64,000 nucleotides of DNA from a virus (lineage: Duplodnaviria; Caudoviricetes), in IMG/VR virus record IMGVR_UViG_3300020577_009814, positions 1 through 64,000 of that record. The stretch is one strand, 5' to 3'. How positions within the stretch are numbered: the stretch's first letter is position 1; each line of letters begins with the position of its first letter. Positions 28,568 to 37,719 of the stretch are shown here, in pieces. The translations under genes and the position numbers were made by a program. The notes beneath the pieces were generated by a model. That model did not search any database. It worked only from the letters and a program-made list of their open reading frames with translations, and was not told where the DNA came from.

Positions 28568-28603
28568 ATTGTTTATTACCTAAGAGGAATTATCCAAATA
28601 GAG

Positions 28604-28625
28604 GCGGCCTCCAATTGGAGGCCGC
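28604..28625 (-). terminator. GC-rich perfect palindrome; putative terminator or RNA-stability hairpin
   Basis: GCGGCCTCCAATTGGAGGCCGC in the intergenic space after the groEL-linked gene; only a weak U tract follows. Confidence 0.55.
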
Positions 28626-28650
28626 GAGGAGAGTAGGAGGTACTTAAATT

Positions 28651-29117
28651 TTATTTAGCAAGTTGATCAAAGAAGTCTGCAAGTTTTCTAACCACACTCT
28701 TAGGAGTAACAGAATCACAACCACAGTCTTGAGATTTCGGAGCAGGAGGCATTGGATCTTGATCCATCAAGGGCTCTGGCTCCGGTGGCATTGGAGGATT
28801 ACAGTTTCTAGAGTAAGAAACACTCTCTTCTTTGATATACTTAACACTAAAGGGTTTTCGATCTATTGTAAGCTCTACAGGAATAAAATTAAAAGTCAAT
28901 GTCACCGGTGCCGTATTAATGTTGGCATGTAAACAATCTACAGGATGAAATTGAACTTCATCAAGTTCTACATTCTTGCCGTATTAATGTTGGCATGTAA
29001 ACAATCTACAGGATGAAATTGAACTTCATCAAGTTCTACATTCTCAATTCTATTGCCTTCAAGATCTGCAAGATAAGTTCCACCAGAAGTTCCATCACTA
29101 ACTAATTTAATATTCAT
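28651..29117 (-). pseudogene. 132-aa hypothetical protein interrupted by a 68-bp tandem duplication (or mis-assembly)
   Basis: ATG at 29117 overlaps the groEL stop; deleting one repeat copy fuses MNIKLVSDGTSGGTY...NINTA to PVTLTFNFIP...DQLAK in frame. Confidence 0.7.
28909..29044. repeat. exact 68-bp tandem duplication
   Basis: TGCCGTATTAATGTTGGCATG...CAAGTTCTACATTCT occurs at 28909-28976 and 28977-29044. Confidence 0.95.
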
Positions 29118-30751
29118 TAATATCCAGCTCCTTGAGGTTCTTTATCAGATGCATCAACAATAAGGGTCTCAGTGGTCAACACTAAGATTGCAATAGAAGC
29201 AGCATTTTCAATTGCTGATTTGGTAACCTTAGCTGGATCAATAATTCCAGCTTTAATAAGATCAACCCACTGACCTTCTCTGGAGTCAAAGCCATTCATA
29301 ATAGATCCTTTATGGGAAGCCATAGACTGGAGAACCTTATCTAGAATAGTCTGGCCATTATACCCTGCGTTTTCTGCAATAGTTTTTAGAGGGGCCATTA
29401 ATGCTTTGGCAACAATATCATAGCCAGCCAAAACATCAGGGCTTAAATCTTTTCTAGAGGACTTTTTACTAAGTTCTAAAGATGCACCTACTAGAGTATT
29501 TCCAGCTCCAGGTACAATACCTAACTCTAAAGCAGCTTTAGTAGCAGAGATAGCATCTTCAAATCTAAACTTCTTTTCACCAAGTTCAGCTTCGGTACCA
29601 GCTCCAATCTTAATAATAGCAATTCCACTAGAAAGCTTAGCAATTCGCTCAGTCAACTTCTCAGAATCATATTTAGAGTCTGACTCTGCTAACATTTGCC
29701 TAAGATTAGCTAGGTGCTCTTCAAGTTTAGTAGGGTCACCCTGAGCATCTACAATAGTTGTAGACTCAGAGTCTACAATTACTTTTCGAGCTTCTCCAAA
29801 GTCTGAGAACTTGACATTCTCAATTTTATACTTAAGATCTTCCGTAAAGTACTTAGCTCCAGTAGCAATAGCAATATCCTGCATGAAGCCTTTCTTTCTT
29901 TCTCCAAACCCTGGAGCTTTAACTGCTACAGCTTGCACCCTATTGTTAGCAGTATTAATAACTGCAGTAGCAAGAGCTTCCCCATCCATATCATCACAGA
30001 TAATAAGAATAGGTTGATTCTTACCAGCTGCTGCTTCTAGGGTAGGAATAATTTCTCCAGCAGTGGCAATTCTGCCCTCCCAAACTAGAATTTTACAGTG
30101 TTCATACTCAACCTTACTTTTGTTAGCAGGTGCAAAGTATGGGCTAATATAGCCTCGATCAAAAGTAAGACCTTCGGTAACATCTAAAACAGTCTTTGAA
30201 GTTTTCCCCTCTTCAAAGGTAACAACTCCATTTTCACCAACTGCAGTAAAAGCTTCTGCAACAAGCTTGCCAACTTCTGCATCTGATCCAGAGATGGTGG
30301 CAACAAACTCAATCATATCTGAGTCCTTATGACTTACAGCTTGTTTATTGTTGAGAATATATTCTACAACTTTATCAACTGCAAGCTCCATACCTTTCTT
30401 AACAGCTACTGGATTTCCACCAGTTGCCACATACTTTAAACCTTCACTTACTAATGCCTGAGCAAGTACAATTGAAGTACTTGTTCCATCTCCAGCTGAA
30501 TCATTGGTTCGGGCTGCAACCTGTTTTACAAGTTGAGCTGCTTCATTCTCAAACTGATCTTCAAGGAAAATACTCTTCGCTACTGTAACTCCATCTCTGG
30601 TAATTACTCGCTGACCATACATCCCAGGAAGAACAACTAATCTTCCTCCAGGACCCATTGTCACAGCTACAGCTTTAGCTACAGCATTAATGCCAGCCTG
30701 TAAAGCTTTCTTAGCTTCATCTCCAAAAATCATCTTAGTTTTCTTTGCCAT
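29117..30751 (-). CDS. groEL: chaperonin GroEL (Cpn60)
   Basis: TMGPGGR, ITRDGVTVAK, AGDGTST, FDRGYISPYF, KAPGFGE, EDA..ATKAA, GIIDPAKV; lacks GGM tail. Confidence 0.97.
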   Translation of the reverse strand: MAKKTKMIFGDEAKKALQAGINAVAKAVAVTMGPGGRLVVLPGMYGQRVITRDGVTVAKSIFLEDQFENEAAQLVKQVAARTNDSAGDGTSTSIVLAQALVSEGLKYVATGGNPVAVKKGMELAVDKVVEYILNNKQAVSHKDSDMIEFVATISGSDAEVGKLVAEAFTAVGENGVVTFEEGKTSKTVLDVTEGLTFDRGYISPYFAPANKSKVEYEHCKILVWEGRIATAGEIIPTLEAAAGKNQPILIICDDMDGEALATAVINTANNRVQAVAVKAPGFGERKKGFMQDIAIATGAKYFTEDLKYKIENVKFSDFGEARKVIVDSESTTIVDAQGDPTKLEEHLANLRQMLAESDSKYDSEKLTERIAKLSSGIAIIKIGAGTEAELGEKKFRFEDAISATKAALELGIVPGAGNTLVGASLELSKKSSRKDLSPDVLAGYDIVAKALMAPLKTIAENAGYNGQTILDKVLQSMASHKGSIMNGFDSREGQWVDLIKAGIIDPAKVTKSAIENAASIAILVLTTETLIVDASDKEPQGAGY

Positions 30752-30759
30752 AATCTACT

Positions 30760-31257
30760 CTATCTCTTATGAAATGCTAAATATGTTGCAACAGCATCTG
30801 AAGCTGCTAATCTTTTTTCATTGTTGAAAAGTTTTGTTTTAGTCTTAAATCCTTTAAATGATTTGCAAACTACTTTGAAAACATCTTCTTTTTCAGCATT
30901 CCTATCTTTAGTTAACGCTTTTTTAGCTTCTTTTGCTGTCACCCATTCATAGGGAATTTTAGCTCCCATTGAAATTCCAATTACTAAACCTTTTACTAGT
31001 GCTAAAGCTTGCCCAGATCTTGCACTTCTAGACCCTACTGGATTCTCGAATATAATTTGAGTAGGTTTATATAACTTAATTAATCTAACCAACTCTGTAC
31101 CAATCTCATCAAGAGTTGTTACATCTGTTTCATGGACAGGTTTTCCTAGAGGCTTAGTCTTAATATAGCCACAGTCCACTACTTTATTTAATTTTTCATC
31201 TATTACAGCCCAGCCTGAAGCCCTAAGGGATGGATCTAATACTAATACTTTATTCAA
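30760..31257 (-). CDS. ruvC: RuvC-like Holliday junction resolvase
   Basis: LDPSLRASGWAV, FE, KKALT...AEKEDV, SDAVA acidic active-site pattern. Confidence 0.85.
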   Translation of the reverse strand: MNKVLVLDPSLRASGWAVIDEKLNKVVDCGYIKTKPLGKPVHETDVTTLDEIGTELVRLIKLYKPTQIIFENPVGSRSARSGQALALVKGLVIGISMGAKIPYEWVTAKEAKKALTKDRNAEKEDVFKVVCKSFKGFKTKTKLFNNEKRLAASDAVATYLAFHKR

Positions 31258-32686
31258 ATGTTGCTAAGCCTTTAGTTGTAGAAACATCTAAAGTAAAGGT
31301 TTCTATTACATAGCTTTTCCATTTTAAGCCAGGAGCATGCTTTTTAAAAGAATCTCTTAAAAGTGTATTCGAAGCTTCTATAACATTTACCTTTTTAGGG
31401 CAAAAAACAATTAACTCTTCTTTGGGGTCAAAGTTATCTGTAAAAGTAACTGTAGAACCGCTTTGAGTCCAATAATTAATCTTCCAGTCTATATAAGCCT
31501 GATCATAAAAACTGTTTACAGTAGTGTCTGGTAAAACTATACTTCCAGAAGTAGTAAAGGTAGCTGGAGTTTGATTAATAAAAAGTTGACCATATTGCCC
31601 AGAAGCAACATTACTTAAATAACTAAGGGAAGTAGTAGCATTTAAATCCTCACTTCTATAGCCAAAAGAAAGCTGATTTCTAAGTGAATAACCAGTGTAT
31701 CCTGAAGCTAGAGTAAAGCTACTTGCTGTAGATTCTAAGGAAGTCCTAATTCCAGTACGTAACTTAGCACTTAAGGCATTCTTAGTTTTGGAGTAGGTTT
31801 GACCTCCAAACCAAGCTAAATTTTCTAAAGAACTAGCATAGACATGGTTATACTCATAACTTTTTCTAGAAAAATTAAACCATAGACCTTTTTCATCTAT
31901 GGTAGTCCACAGATCAATAAGCTCAGCCGTATCAGCTTGATCATCTAAATATACCGTAACTGCACTTAATGCTCGAGCTGCATTTGGAAATCTAGATTTG
32001 AGATAGCTTGTATTTGGACTATTAAACTTAAGAAAACCATCTTCTCTGATTTGAGAAGGGTGAATTGCTATGTTATTTTTAGTAACTGGATGTTCAAAAT
32101 AAACCACACTTCCAGAAGCCCATTTTGATGCTCCAGTAATAAACTGCCAGTCACCAACTCTTGCTTGAGTACTTTGTTGTTGAAGATCTAGGCCTGAGAT
32201 GATAATGGATTGATCTTCTTGAAACCATCTATAATCTCCAGAGTTAAAAAGATCATCTAAATCTGTAGCAGCCTGAATGGTTACTTTAGATCCATCACTT
32301 AAGAGTACTTTAACAGTCTCAACTTTTTTATTGGCTTTTACAAACCAAGCATAACTTAAATCTGCTTCATCAAAGTAGCCGGATCTAGCTAGTCTTAAAG
32401 ATATTAAAGGAAGATCAAGTTGACTCTTATTCCAAGTAAATACTTCAAAAACTTTTTGAAGAATACTTCCGGTTGTCGAAGGCGTATTAGTTACTGGAAT
32501 CCAATTAGTCGGAAGACTTAAACCAGTTGGACTATAATAGGTAAGAGAAGTGGTAAATCCTGAGGTGGCAGGTACACTTACTGCATCAAATAAAGTGGGA
32601 TAAGCATTTGCTTCATACCATCTTGGAAGATAGTACAAAGGTGGAGTCCAAGCATCAAAAATTTTATAGAAATATGCCTGTTGCAA
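31250..32686 (-). CDS. putative baseplate wedge protein
   Basis: Directly downstream of baseplate J; YLPRWY and IDEKGLWFNFSRKSYEYN motifs; TTG start. Confidence 0.55.
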   Translation of the reverse strand: MQQAYFYKIFDAWTPPLYYLPRWYEANAYPTLFDAVSVPATSGFTTSLTYYSPTGLSLPTNWIPVTNTPSTTGSILQKVFEVFTWNKSQLDLPLISLRLARSGYFDEADLSYAWFVKANKKVETVKVLLSDGSKVTIQAATDLDDLFNSGDYRWFQEDQSIIISGLDLQQQSTQARVGDWQFITGASKWASGSVVYFEHPVTKNNIAIHPSQIREDGFLKFNSPNTSYLKSRFPNAARALSAVTVYLDDQADTAELIDLWTTIDEKGLWFNFSRKSYEYNHVYASSLENLAWFGGQTYSKTKNALSAKLRTGIRTSLESTASSFTLASGYTGYSLRNQLSFGYRSEDLNATTSLSYLSNVASGQYGQLFINQTPATFTTSGSIVLPDTTVNSFYDQAYIDWKINYWTQSGSTVTFTDNFDPKEELIVFCPKKVNVIEASNTLLRDSFKKHAPGLKWKSYVIETFTLDVSTTKGLATFE

Positions 32687-32692
32687 GAAATT

Positions 32693-33808
32693 TTATTCCA
32701 CACTTAAAGCTCGCAAGATAAGTCTCTCTCCAGTACCAATAGCTAGCTGGCCCTGATTAGAGATTGGAGAACCATCTAGACCTAATCTTACATTGGCTGA
32801 AATTACGGTAGAGTCTGCTAAAGTAGCAATGGCTGATATTTGACTAGTATTGAAAGATCCAATTCCAGATCCATCTTCCACTGGTAAATTATCTACTCTG
32901 GCAATAATCTGGTCTCTGATAGATTGTCTAATTACTTCTTTTTTATCCCCTACACCTGCCGCAAAAACTAAGTTAATTTGAACATCAAGCTGTTTGTATA
33001 TTGGAGATCTAGCTAAAGCTGATACTCCAGCAGGAACAGCTTCATTGAGGAGAGTTTGACATTCTTGAATAATTGTATTAGCTATACTTTGATTATAAGG
33101 AATGATAATAATATCAAAAGTACCTGCTCCTCTGTTCATGTCTAATAGATATACATCTCTAACACCTGGTACAGACCTCATTAAAGAAGTAACATTAGCT
33201 CTATTCAACACATCTCTTCGAGTTAATTCTTGAAGAATTCTTTCTCGATAAGAAGGATCACTCTCCTGTTCAGAGCCATTTTGAATAGGTAAAATATTAG
33301 TAACTGAAACTGTTACTCCAGGGACTCCATGCCGGTTAATTTCTCCAATAGCTACATTATAGATATTACCAGTATCTACTGCAACAACATGAAGATCACT
33401 TGCCTGGGCTGCTGGAATACTAGCACCTTCAGTAGTATAAAAAGCAATTTGAGGATCAGTAGCCTTATATACTCTAGCACCTGCTGGAATTACCGCTGTT
33501 CCTGAGCCTAAGTTAGTAAATCGAACTGCTCTAGCAAAGCCATTAGTGCCTGCATTTTTAGCAACTCTTCGAGGTACTCCAAAAAGTAAGCCCCAGTTAT
33601 CTAAGTCTGAGCCGGTAGCAGTACTAAGATTAGATTGTCTTTCAAGCTCTTCTACATAAGCCCAAATACTATCTAACTCAGTCCCTATAATTTTGACAAT
33701 AGACCCTATAACACTACTTTCAAGCCCAGCAGTTAAGCCAGTCTCAAGGCGGACTCTGTTATAGATTCTATTTACCAACTCTTTAGCAGAAGGTCTTGCA
33801 ATTGGCAT
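32693..33808 (-). CDS. baseplate J-like (gp6/gp47) wedge protein
   Basis: STATGSDLDNWG, IPAG, G..YNV..GEI, GSEQESD.SYRERI, VPGV, GAGT motifs. Confidence 0.92.
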   Translation of the reverse strand: MPIARPSAKELVNRIYNRVRLETGLTAGLESSVIGSIVKIIGTELDSIWAYVEELERQSNLSTATGSDLDNWGLLFGVPRRVAKNAGTNGFARAVRFTNLGSGTAVIPAGARVYKATDPQIAFYTTEGASIPAAQASDLHVVAVDTGNIYNVAIGEINRHGVPGVTVSVTNILPIQNGSEQESDPSYRERILQELTRRDVLNRANVTSLMRSVPGVRDVYLLDMNRGAGTFDIIIIPYNQSIANTIIQECQTLLNEAVPAGVSALARSPIYKQLDVQINLVFAAGVGDKKEVIRQSIRDQIIARVDNLPVEDGSGIGSFNTSQISAIATLADSTVISANVRLGLDGSPISNQGQLAIGTGERLILRALSVE

Positions 33809-33835
33809 ATTTAATTATCCTATCTTAAATAGAGG

Positions 33836-34096
33836 CTAAGTAAGTTCTAAAGATATTTGATAAGTATTTTTATCAATTATTTTTGTTTTAAAACTTACAA
33901 TAGTGCACTCTGTAAGAGTACTTTTATGAGTAGTGGGATCTATTTTTTCAATAACATACTCAAATCCAGCTCGAAGTCGGTTCCAGGAACTTAAAAGATC
34001 TTTATTAGTTTCAATAACCCCATCAGCAACCCACTCCCCAGATAAAACTAGGGAGTTAGAATTTTCATATTTTCTAAGTAGATATACTTTTACCAT
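33836..34096 (-). CDS. hypothetical protein
   Basis: ATG at 34096 overlaps the upstream stop; no motif. Confidence 0.55.
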   Translation of the reverse strand: MVKVYLLRKYENSNSLVLSGEWVADGVIETNKDLLSSWNRLRAGFEYVIEKIDPTTHKSTLTECTIVSFKTKIIDKNTYQISLELT

Positions 34097-35427
34097 GCGC
34101 CGCCGCAACACTTTTTCTTTTTCTTTCCAGAGCCACAAGGACATGGATCATTAGGACCAAGCCTGCCATAAGACTTATAGTGGCCAATACTCTCAATTTT
34201 ATCTGGTCGACCGACAATTCCTTTTCGAACATTGTCAGCTATTTGCATCCAAGCAGCTGGCCATCTATCAATATTCTTCTCTAGTAAATATTCATCAAGA
34301 ATTAATTGTCTGGCTTGAGCTTTCATAGTTGCAAGCTTCTCAGGATTGTTAATCAAAGATTCTAAAGCCTCTTCCCAAGTATTAAAACTATCTGAGCCTT
34401 GGTTGCCTACTAGTAAAGAATACCCAGGATGTTTTCTATTAAATCTTGCATAAGGTCCAACATTAGATCCAACTGGAACTGCTCCTACTGCAGACATTTC
34501 CAAGAACTTGAGTTCAGATTTAGCACAGTTAAACTGACAAGGGATCAGTGGAGCTAATCCAATATCTGCACCATGTAAAGCTGTAGGATGATCAAGAAAG
34601 TGTCTAGCTGGAACATAGGTAACTTGATCATAAGGTAAGTTAAACTTTTGAATTAGATCTTGGACATGATTAATACCTAGATTTAGGGCTAATTGAACAT
34701 TAGGATACTTCTCTAAAATCTTTTTAAGTGGGTGGCCAATCTGCTGCATATCTTCACCATGAGTAGAACCACCTGAGTACATAATTACAATCTTATCTTT
34801 CCACTCCTCAGGTTTTTGAATATCTTTTAGGGTAACAGTAGGATTACCAGCTAAATCATATTTAACATCCATTCCCCAATCTCTAAATCCAGGATCTATA
34901 TAGTTTCCTAGAATTGCAACATTTCTGTTATCCTTATAATACCATCTAGCAATTTCTGGAGTAGTTGTGGTAACTCCGTGACAAGCATACATAATCTTAG
35001 GAAGCATAGCTAATTCTGGACTTCCAGGGTGGTAAACTTGATAAGCTGGAGAGCTGGGTAAAACTGAGTGAAGATCATCATCTAATTCATAAATAATAAA
35101 CTTTCCTTCCCAGGCAGCCTGTCTCAAAGCTTCATAAACTTCTGGAGAATGCTGTCTTGGAGCCACAATAATATCATGGCTCATGAAAGAATCAAAGCTA
35201 TGAAAAGAAGAATAATTAACTTCCGCCCCATGAATCTTAAGAGAATGTAGGGGATTAATAACTCTATAGTAGCCACAAGCAGAAGTGTCTGCTACAAGGC
35301 CAAGAACCTTTAAATCCTTGTATCTATTGCTAACAACAATATCAGGCAGCTTATTCTTAGCATTAAGAATATTCTGCTTTTCTATTTGATAAAGATCTAA
35401 TTCTGGTGAAGATTCAGTAGTAACCAT
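34090..35427 (-). CDS. GT-B (GT4-like) glycosyltransferase with C-terminal SEC-C metal-binding motif
   Basis: ACGYYRV..P, ELDDDL, DIGLAPL...FNCAKSELKFLE; ends GPNDPCPCGSGKKKKKCCG. Confidence 0.85.
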   Translation of the reverse strand: MVTTESSPELDLYQIEKQNILNAKNKLPDIVVSNRYKDLKVLGLVADTSACGYYRVINPLHSLKIHGAEVNYSSFHSFDSFMSHDIIVAPRQHSPEVYEALRQAAWEGKFIIYELDDDLHSVLPSSPAYQVYHPGSPELAMLPKIMYACHGVTTTTPEIARWYYKDNRNVAILGNYIDPGFRDWGMDVKYDLAGNPTVTLKDIQKPEEWKDKIVIMYSGGSTHGEDMQQIGHPLKKILEKYPNVQLALNLGINHVQDLIQKFNLPYDQVTYVPARHFLDHPTALHGADIGLAPLIPCQFNCAKSELKFLEMSAVGAVPVGSNVGPYARFNRKHPGYSLLVGNQGSDSFNTWEEALESLINNPEKLATMKAQARQLILDEYLLEKNIDRWPAAWMQIADNVRKGIVGRPDKIESIGHYKSYGRLGPNDPCPCGSGKKKKKCCGGAW

Positions 35428-35433
35428 ATTGTA

Positions 35434-35847
35434 TTATTGAGATCTAGTACCTACTCTAGCAAATACTAAGCCTTCTCTTAAGTCTAGTTGGCTAGTAATT
35501 TGAACTATCTTAGATCTCTCTTCTACAGACGGAAACTCTATAATAATCATTACTTTGTTTTCTGACACAGAGGTTGCTGTAACTTCTGGATAGCCTACTA
35601 AACTGTCAAAAGCCAATGCATTAATTATTCTTTGTTCCATTGCTGCATGCACTAATCCAGTGTTAGGTTGACCAATAAAATCCTCTAAGTCAGCCCCAAT
35701 TTGAGGAGATAAAGTCCAGTCTCCAATTTGAGTTTTTAATCTAAATAACACTTCTTGAGCTATTTGATCATCTCCATAAACTAAAGCTAGATCCCCATCT
35801 GGTCCTAAAACTAGCTCTCCACCATCTGTAATTTGTAAGTCAATCAT
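35434..35847 (-). CDS. gp25/gpW-like baseplate wedge (sheath initiator) protein
   Basis: GDLALV.G...IAQ....RLKT..GDW...P.IGADL..FIG pattern; next to baseplate J. Confidence 0.85.
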   Translation of the reverse strand: MIDLQITDGGELVLGPDGDLALVYGDDQIAQEVLFRLKTQIGDWTLSPQIGADLEDFIGQPNTGLVHAAMEQRIINALAFDSLVGYPEVTATSVSENKVMIIIEFPSVEERSKIVQITSQLDLREGLVFARVGTRSQ

Positions 35848-36363
35848 TTAAAAACATCCATAGTCTTGGCCTTTTAAAGCTTTATTAACACAATTAAACA
35901 TTTCAAGTTCCTGAGTAACAGGCTCAGGAGGAGTCCTAAAAACTTCAGTCAAATCAAAGAAATCTGTAAAAGGAATAGGTGTTCCAGCAGGACTCATAAA
36001 GAAACAAGATTCTTTTATTGTACTTGCAGGTACTTTTGCAACCGGAACCGGCTTACCATCAAAAATTTCTTTATTAAAATGTTTACCTAGGATTCTAAAG
36101 TTTTCAATTCCACTAGAAATAAAAGAAATCTTTTCACTTTGAAGTTGATACCTAACTGCTAATCTTAGAGTGTCTCCATTAACTGCCATCACTAACTTAC
36201 TCTTTCCTGCAAAGATATCTGCTTGGCCTTGATCTCTTAAAATCCAACCAACTGGAAGTTGGGGATGTTTAGCAGCAATCTCAGTTGCATGCCAGTTTAA
36301 AGCATGATGTCTAATAGCTCGGGGATCTGTAAGATGTTTATTAAATAATTCAAAAATCTTCAT
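35848..36363 (-). CDS. hypothetical baseplate-region protein
   Basis: Synteny between lysins and gp25; no certain motif. Confidence 0.55.
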   Translation of the reverse strand: MKIFELFNKHLTDPRAIRHHALNWHATEIAAKHPQLPVGWILRDQGQADIFAGKSKLVMAVNGDTLRLAVRYQLQSEKISFISSGIENFRILGKHFNKEIFDGKPVPVAKVPASTIKESCFFMSPAGTPIPFTDFFDLTEVFRTPPEPVTQELEMFNCVNKALKGQDYGCF

Positions 36364-37064
36364 AAAGCTCCTACTAAATCTAGAATAGGATTTGGAATTA
36401 GGTAAGATCCAGTTCTTGCATTAGATCCTTGACTATTTTTACCATTTTCAAGATTTGGTAACTTAGTTGTTGGAGGTGGAAGATATCCAGGATAACCCTC
36501 TTTAGGACCAGTTCTGTAGTCTGCAATAGGCGGATTGATTAAAGTTCCGTCTGAAGCTAGTCCACTCTCAGGCTTATCTTCTGGAGTGCTAATTCTTAAG
36601 TCTCCTGGGATATAGTTTTCACCAGTGTATGCTGGAACAGTTGACCCTTTTCCAAAAGAATAGCTTGCTACGACTGTAGGAGTAATAGTTTTACTCCCTA
36701 CATTCATCATCTCTGCAGTAGTTTCAGCACCAGGAAAGTAAGCTTGTCTTTTTCCATCTTCACTACCTAAAGTACCATCAACCCATTTAGGATTAATGTA
36801 AGTCTTAAAATCTCTAATAGACCCTGGAGGTTTATGAATAACTGATAATCCAGTCTTTACCGAATCATCTTCACCAAGTGCATTATACCTATCAATATCC
36901 CCAGCAGCAAGATGGTTCATAGGTGCAAAATAGGGATTATTTCTAATATCTAAATCTACTACTGAACCAGTCCTAACTACAAAACCAGTAGTTGCTGCTG
37001 GATTGTTGACAATATTCTCAGTAGTTTTTTGATCTACTTTCTGTCTTAAAATACTTGGAATCAT
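36360..37064 (-). CDS. hypothetical baseplate-region protein (Pro/Gly-rich)
   Basis: Coupled ORF (ATGA overlaps); no certain motif. Confidence 0.55.
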   Translation of the reverse strand: MIPSILRQKVDQKTTENIVNNPAATTGFVVRTGSVVDLDIRNNPYFAPMNHLAAGDIDRYNALGEDDSVKTGLSVIHKPPGSIRDFKTYINPKWVDGTLGSEDGKRQAYFPGAETTAEMMNVGSKTITPTVVASYSFGKGSTVPAYTGENYIPGDLRISTPEDKPESGLASDGTLINPPIADYRTGPKEGYPGYLPPPTTKLPNLENGKNSQGSNARTGSYLIPNPILDLVGAL

Positions 37065-37717
37065 TTAGTTTTTCTCTTTATTGTTCCCCATAAAGCCACA
37101 TGAACATGATCATAGTGATCTGCTCTAGTAGTTGCATTCTCTACCCAACTAGAGTAAGAGCCCCTATAAACTCTTCCTTTTGGAGAGTAAATAAGCTCTC
37201 TAATATTTTCAGGAGCATAGGTAGCTCTAATATAGTCAAAGAAAGCTGCCATTCTAGTCTTACTACCGCCAAAATCTAAGGCCATACCTTGCTCATTACC
37301 AATAGATTTACTATGATTAGATGGTCTACCACTTGCATGAGTCTTGGCTCCAGGCCTATACTCACTAGTTACAACTAAACCATGATTTTTACCTTCAATT
37401 TTTAATTGTCTTTTCCATGCCCTAAGACCTTCCTCAGTCATAGCATCCACTCCAGAAATATCCACTCCAGCAGTACTAGCTGGTAACTGTTTTATAATAT
37501 TTTCATAAACTTCAACAGTTCTTTGGAAAAAAGATTGTTCTACTTTTAACAAATCTGGATCTGGATTTCCAGTAATACCTAAAACAAATTTACATGCTTC
37601 TTTTTGCTCATCAAAGAATAAATCAAAATAATCTTCATCATCAAAAACTGGACAAGGATTCATACTCATTCCTGGAATAGTATTTAAATCTAGTTCTTTG
37701 GGATCAAATTCAAACAT
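37061..37717 (-). CDS. putative zinc peptidoglycan peptidase (M15/LAS-type fold)
   Basis: TSEYRPG, SNH, GMALD and HYDHVH zinc-ligand motifs. Confidence 0.75.
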   Translation of the reverse strand: MFEFDPKELDLNTIPGMSMNPCPVFDDEDYFDLFFDEQKEACKFVLGITGNPDPDLLKVEQSFFQRTVEVYENIIKQLPASTAGVDISGVDAMTEEGLRAWKRQLKIEGKNHGLVVTSEYRPGAKTHASGRPSNHSKSIGNEQGMALDFGGSKTRMAAFFDYIRATYAPENIRELIYSPKGRVYRGSYSSWVENATTRADHYDHVHVALWGTIKRKTK

Positions 37718-37719
37718 AG

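Noticed and set aside
28626-28645. Strong plus-strand SD (AGGAGGT) / anti-SD on the mRNA strand
   Set aside because: No start codon at a usable distance on the plus strand; no further support for a function.
28909-29044. CRISPR array or attachment site
   Set aside because: Two directly abutting copies with no spacer, inside a coding sequence.
29117-30751. Bacterial chromosomal groEL operon (i.e. window is host DNA)
   Set aside because: No adjacent groES, no GGM tail, tightly coupled to phage baseplate genes with the same composition.
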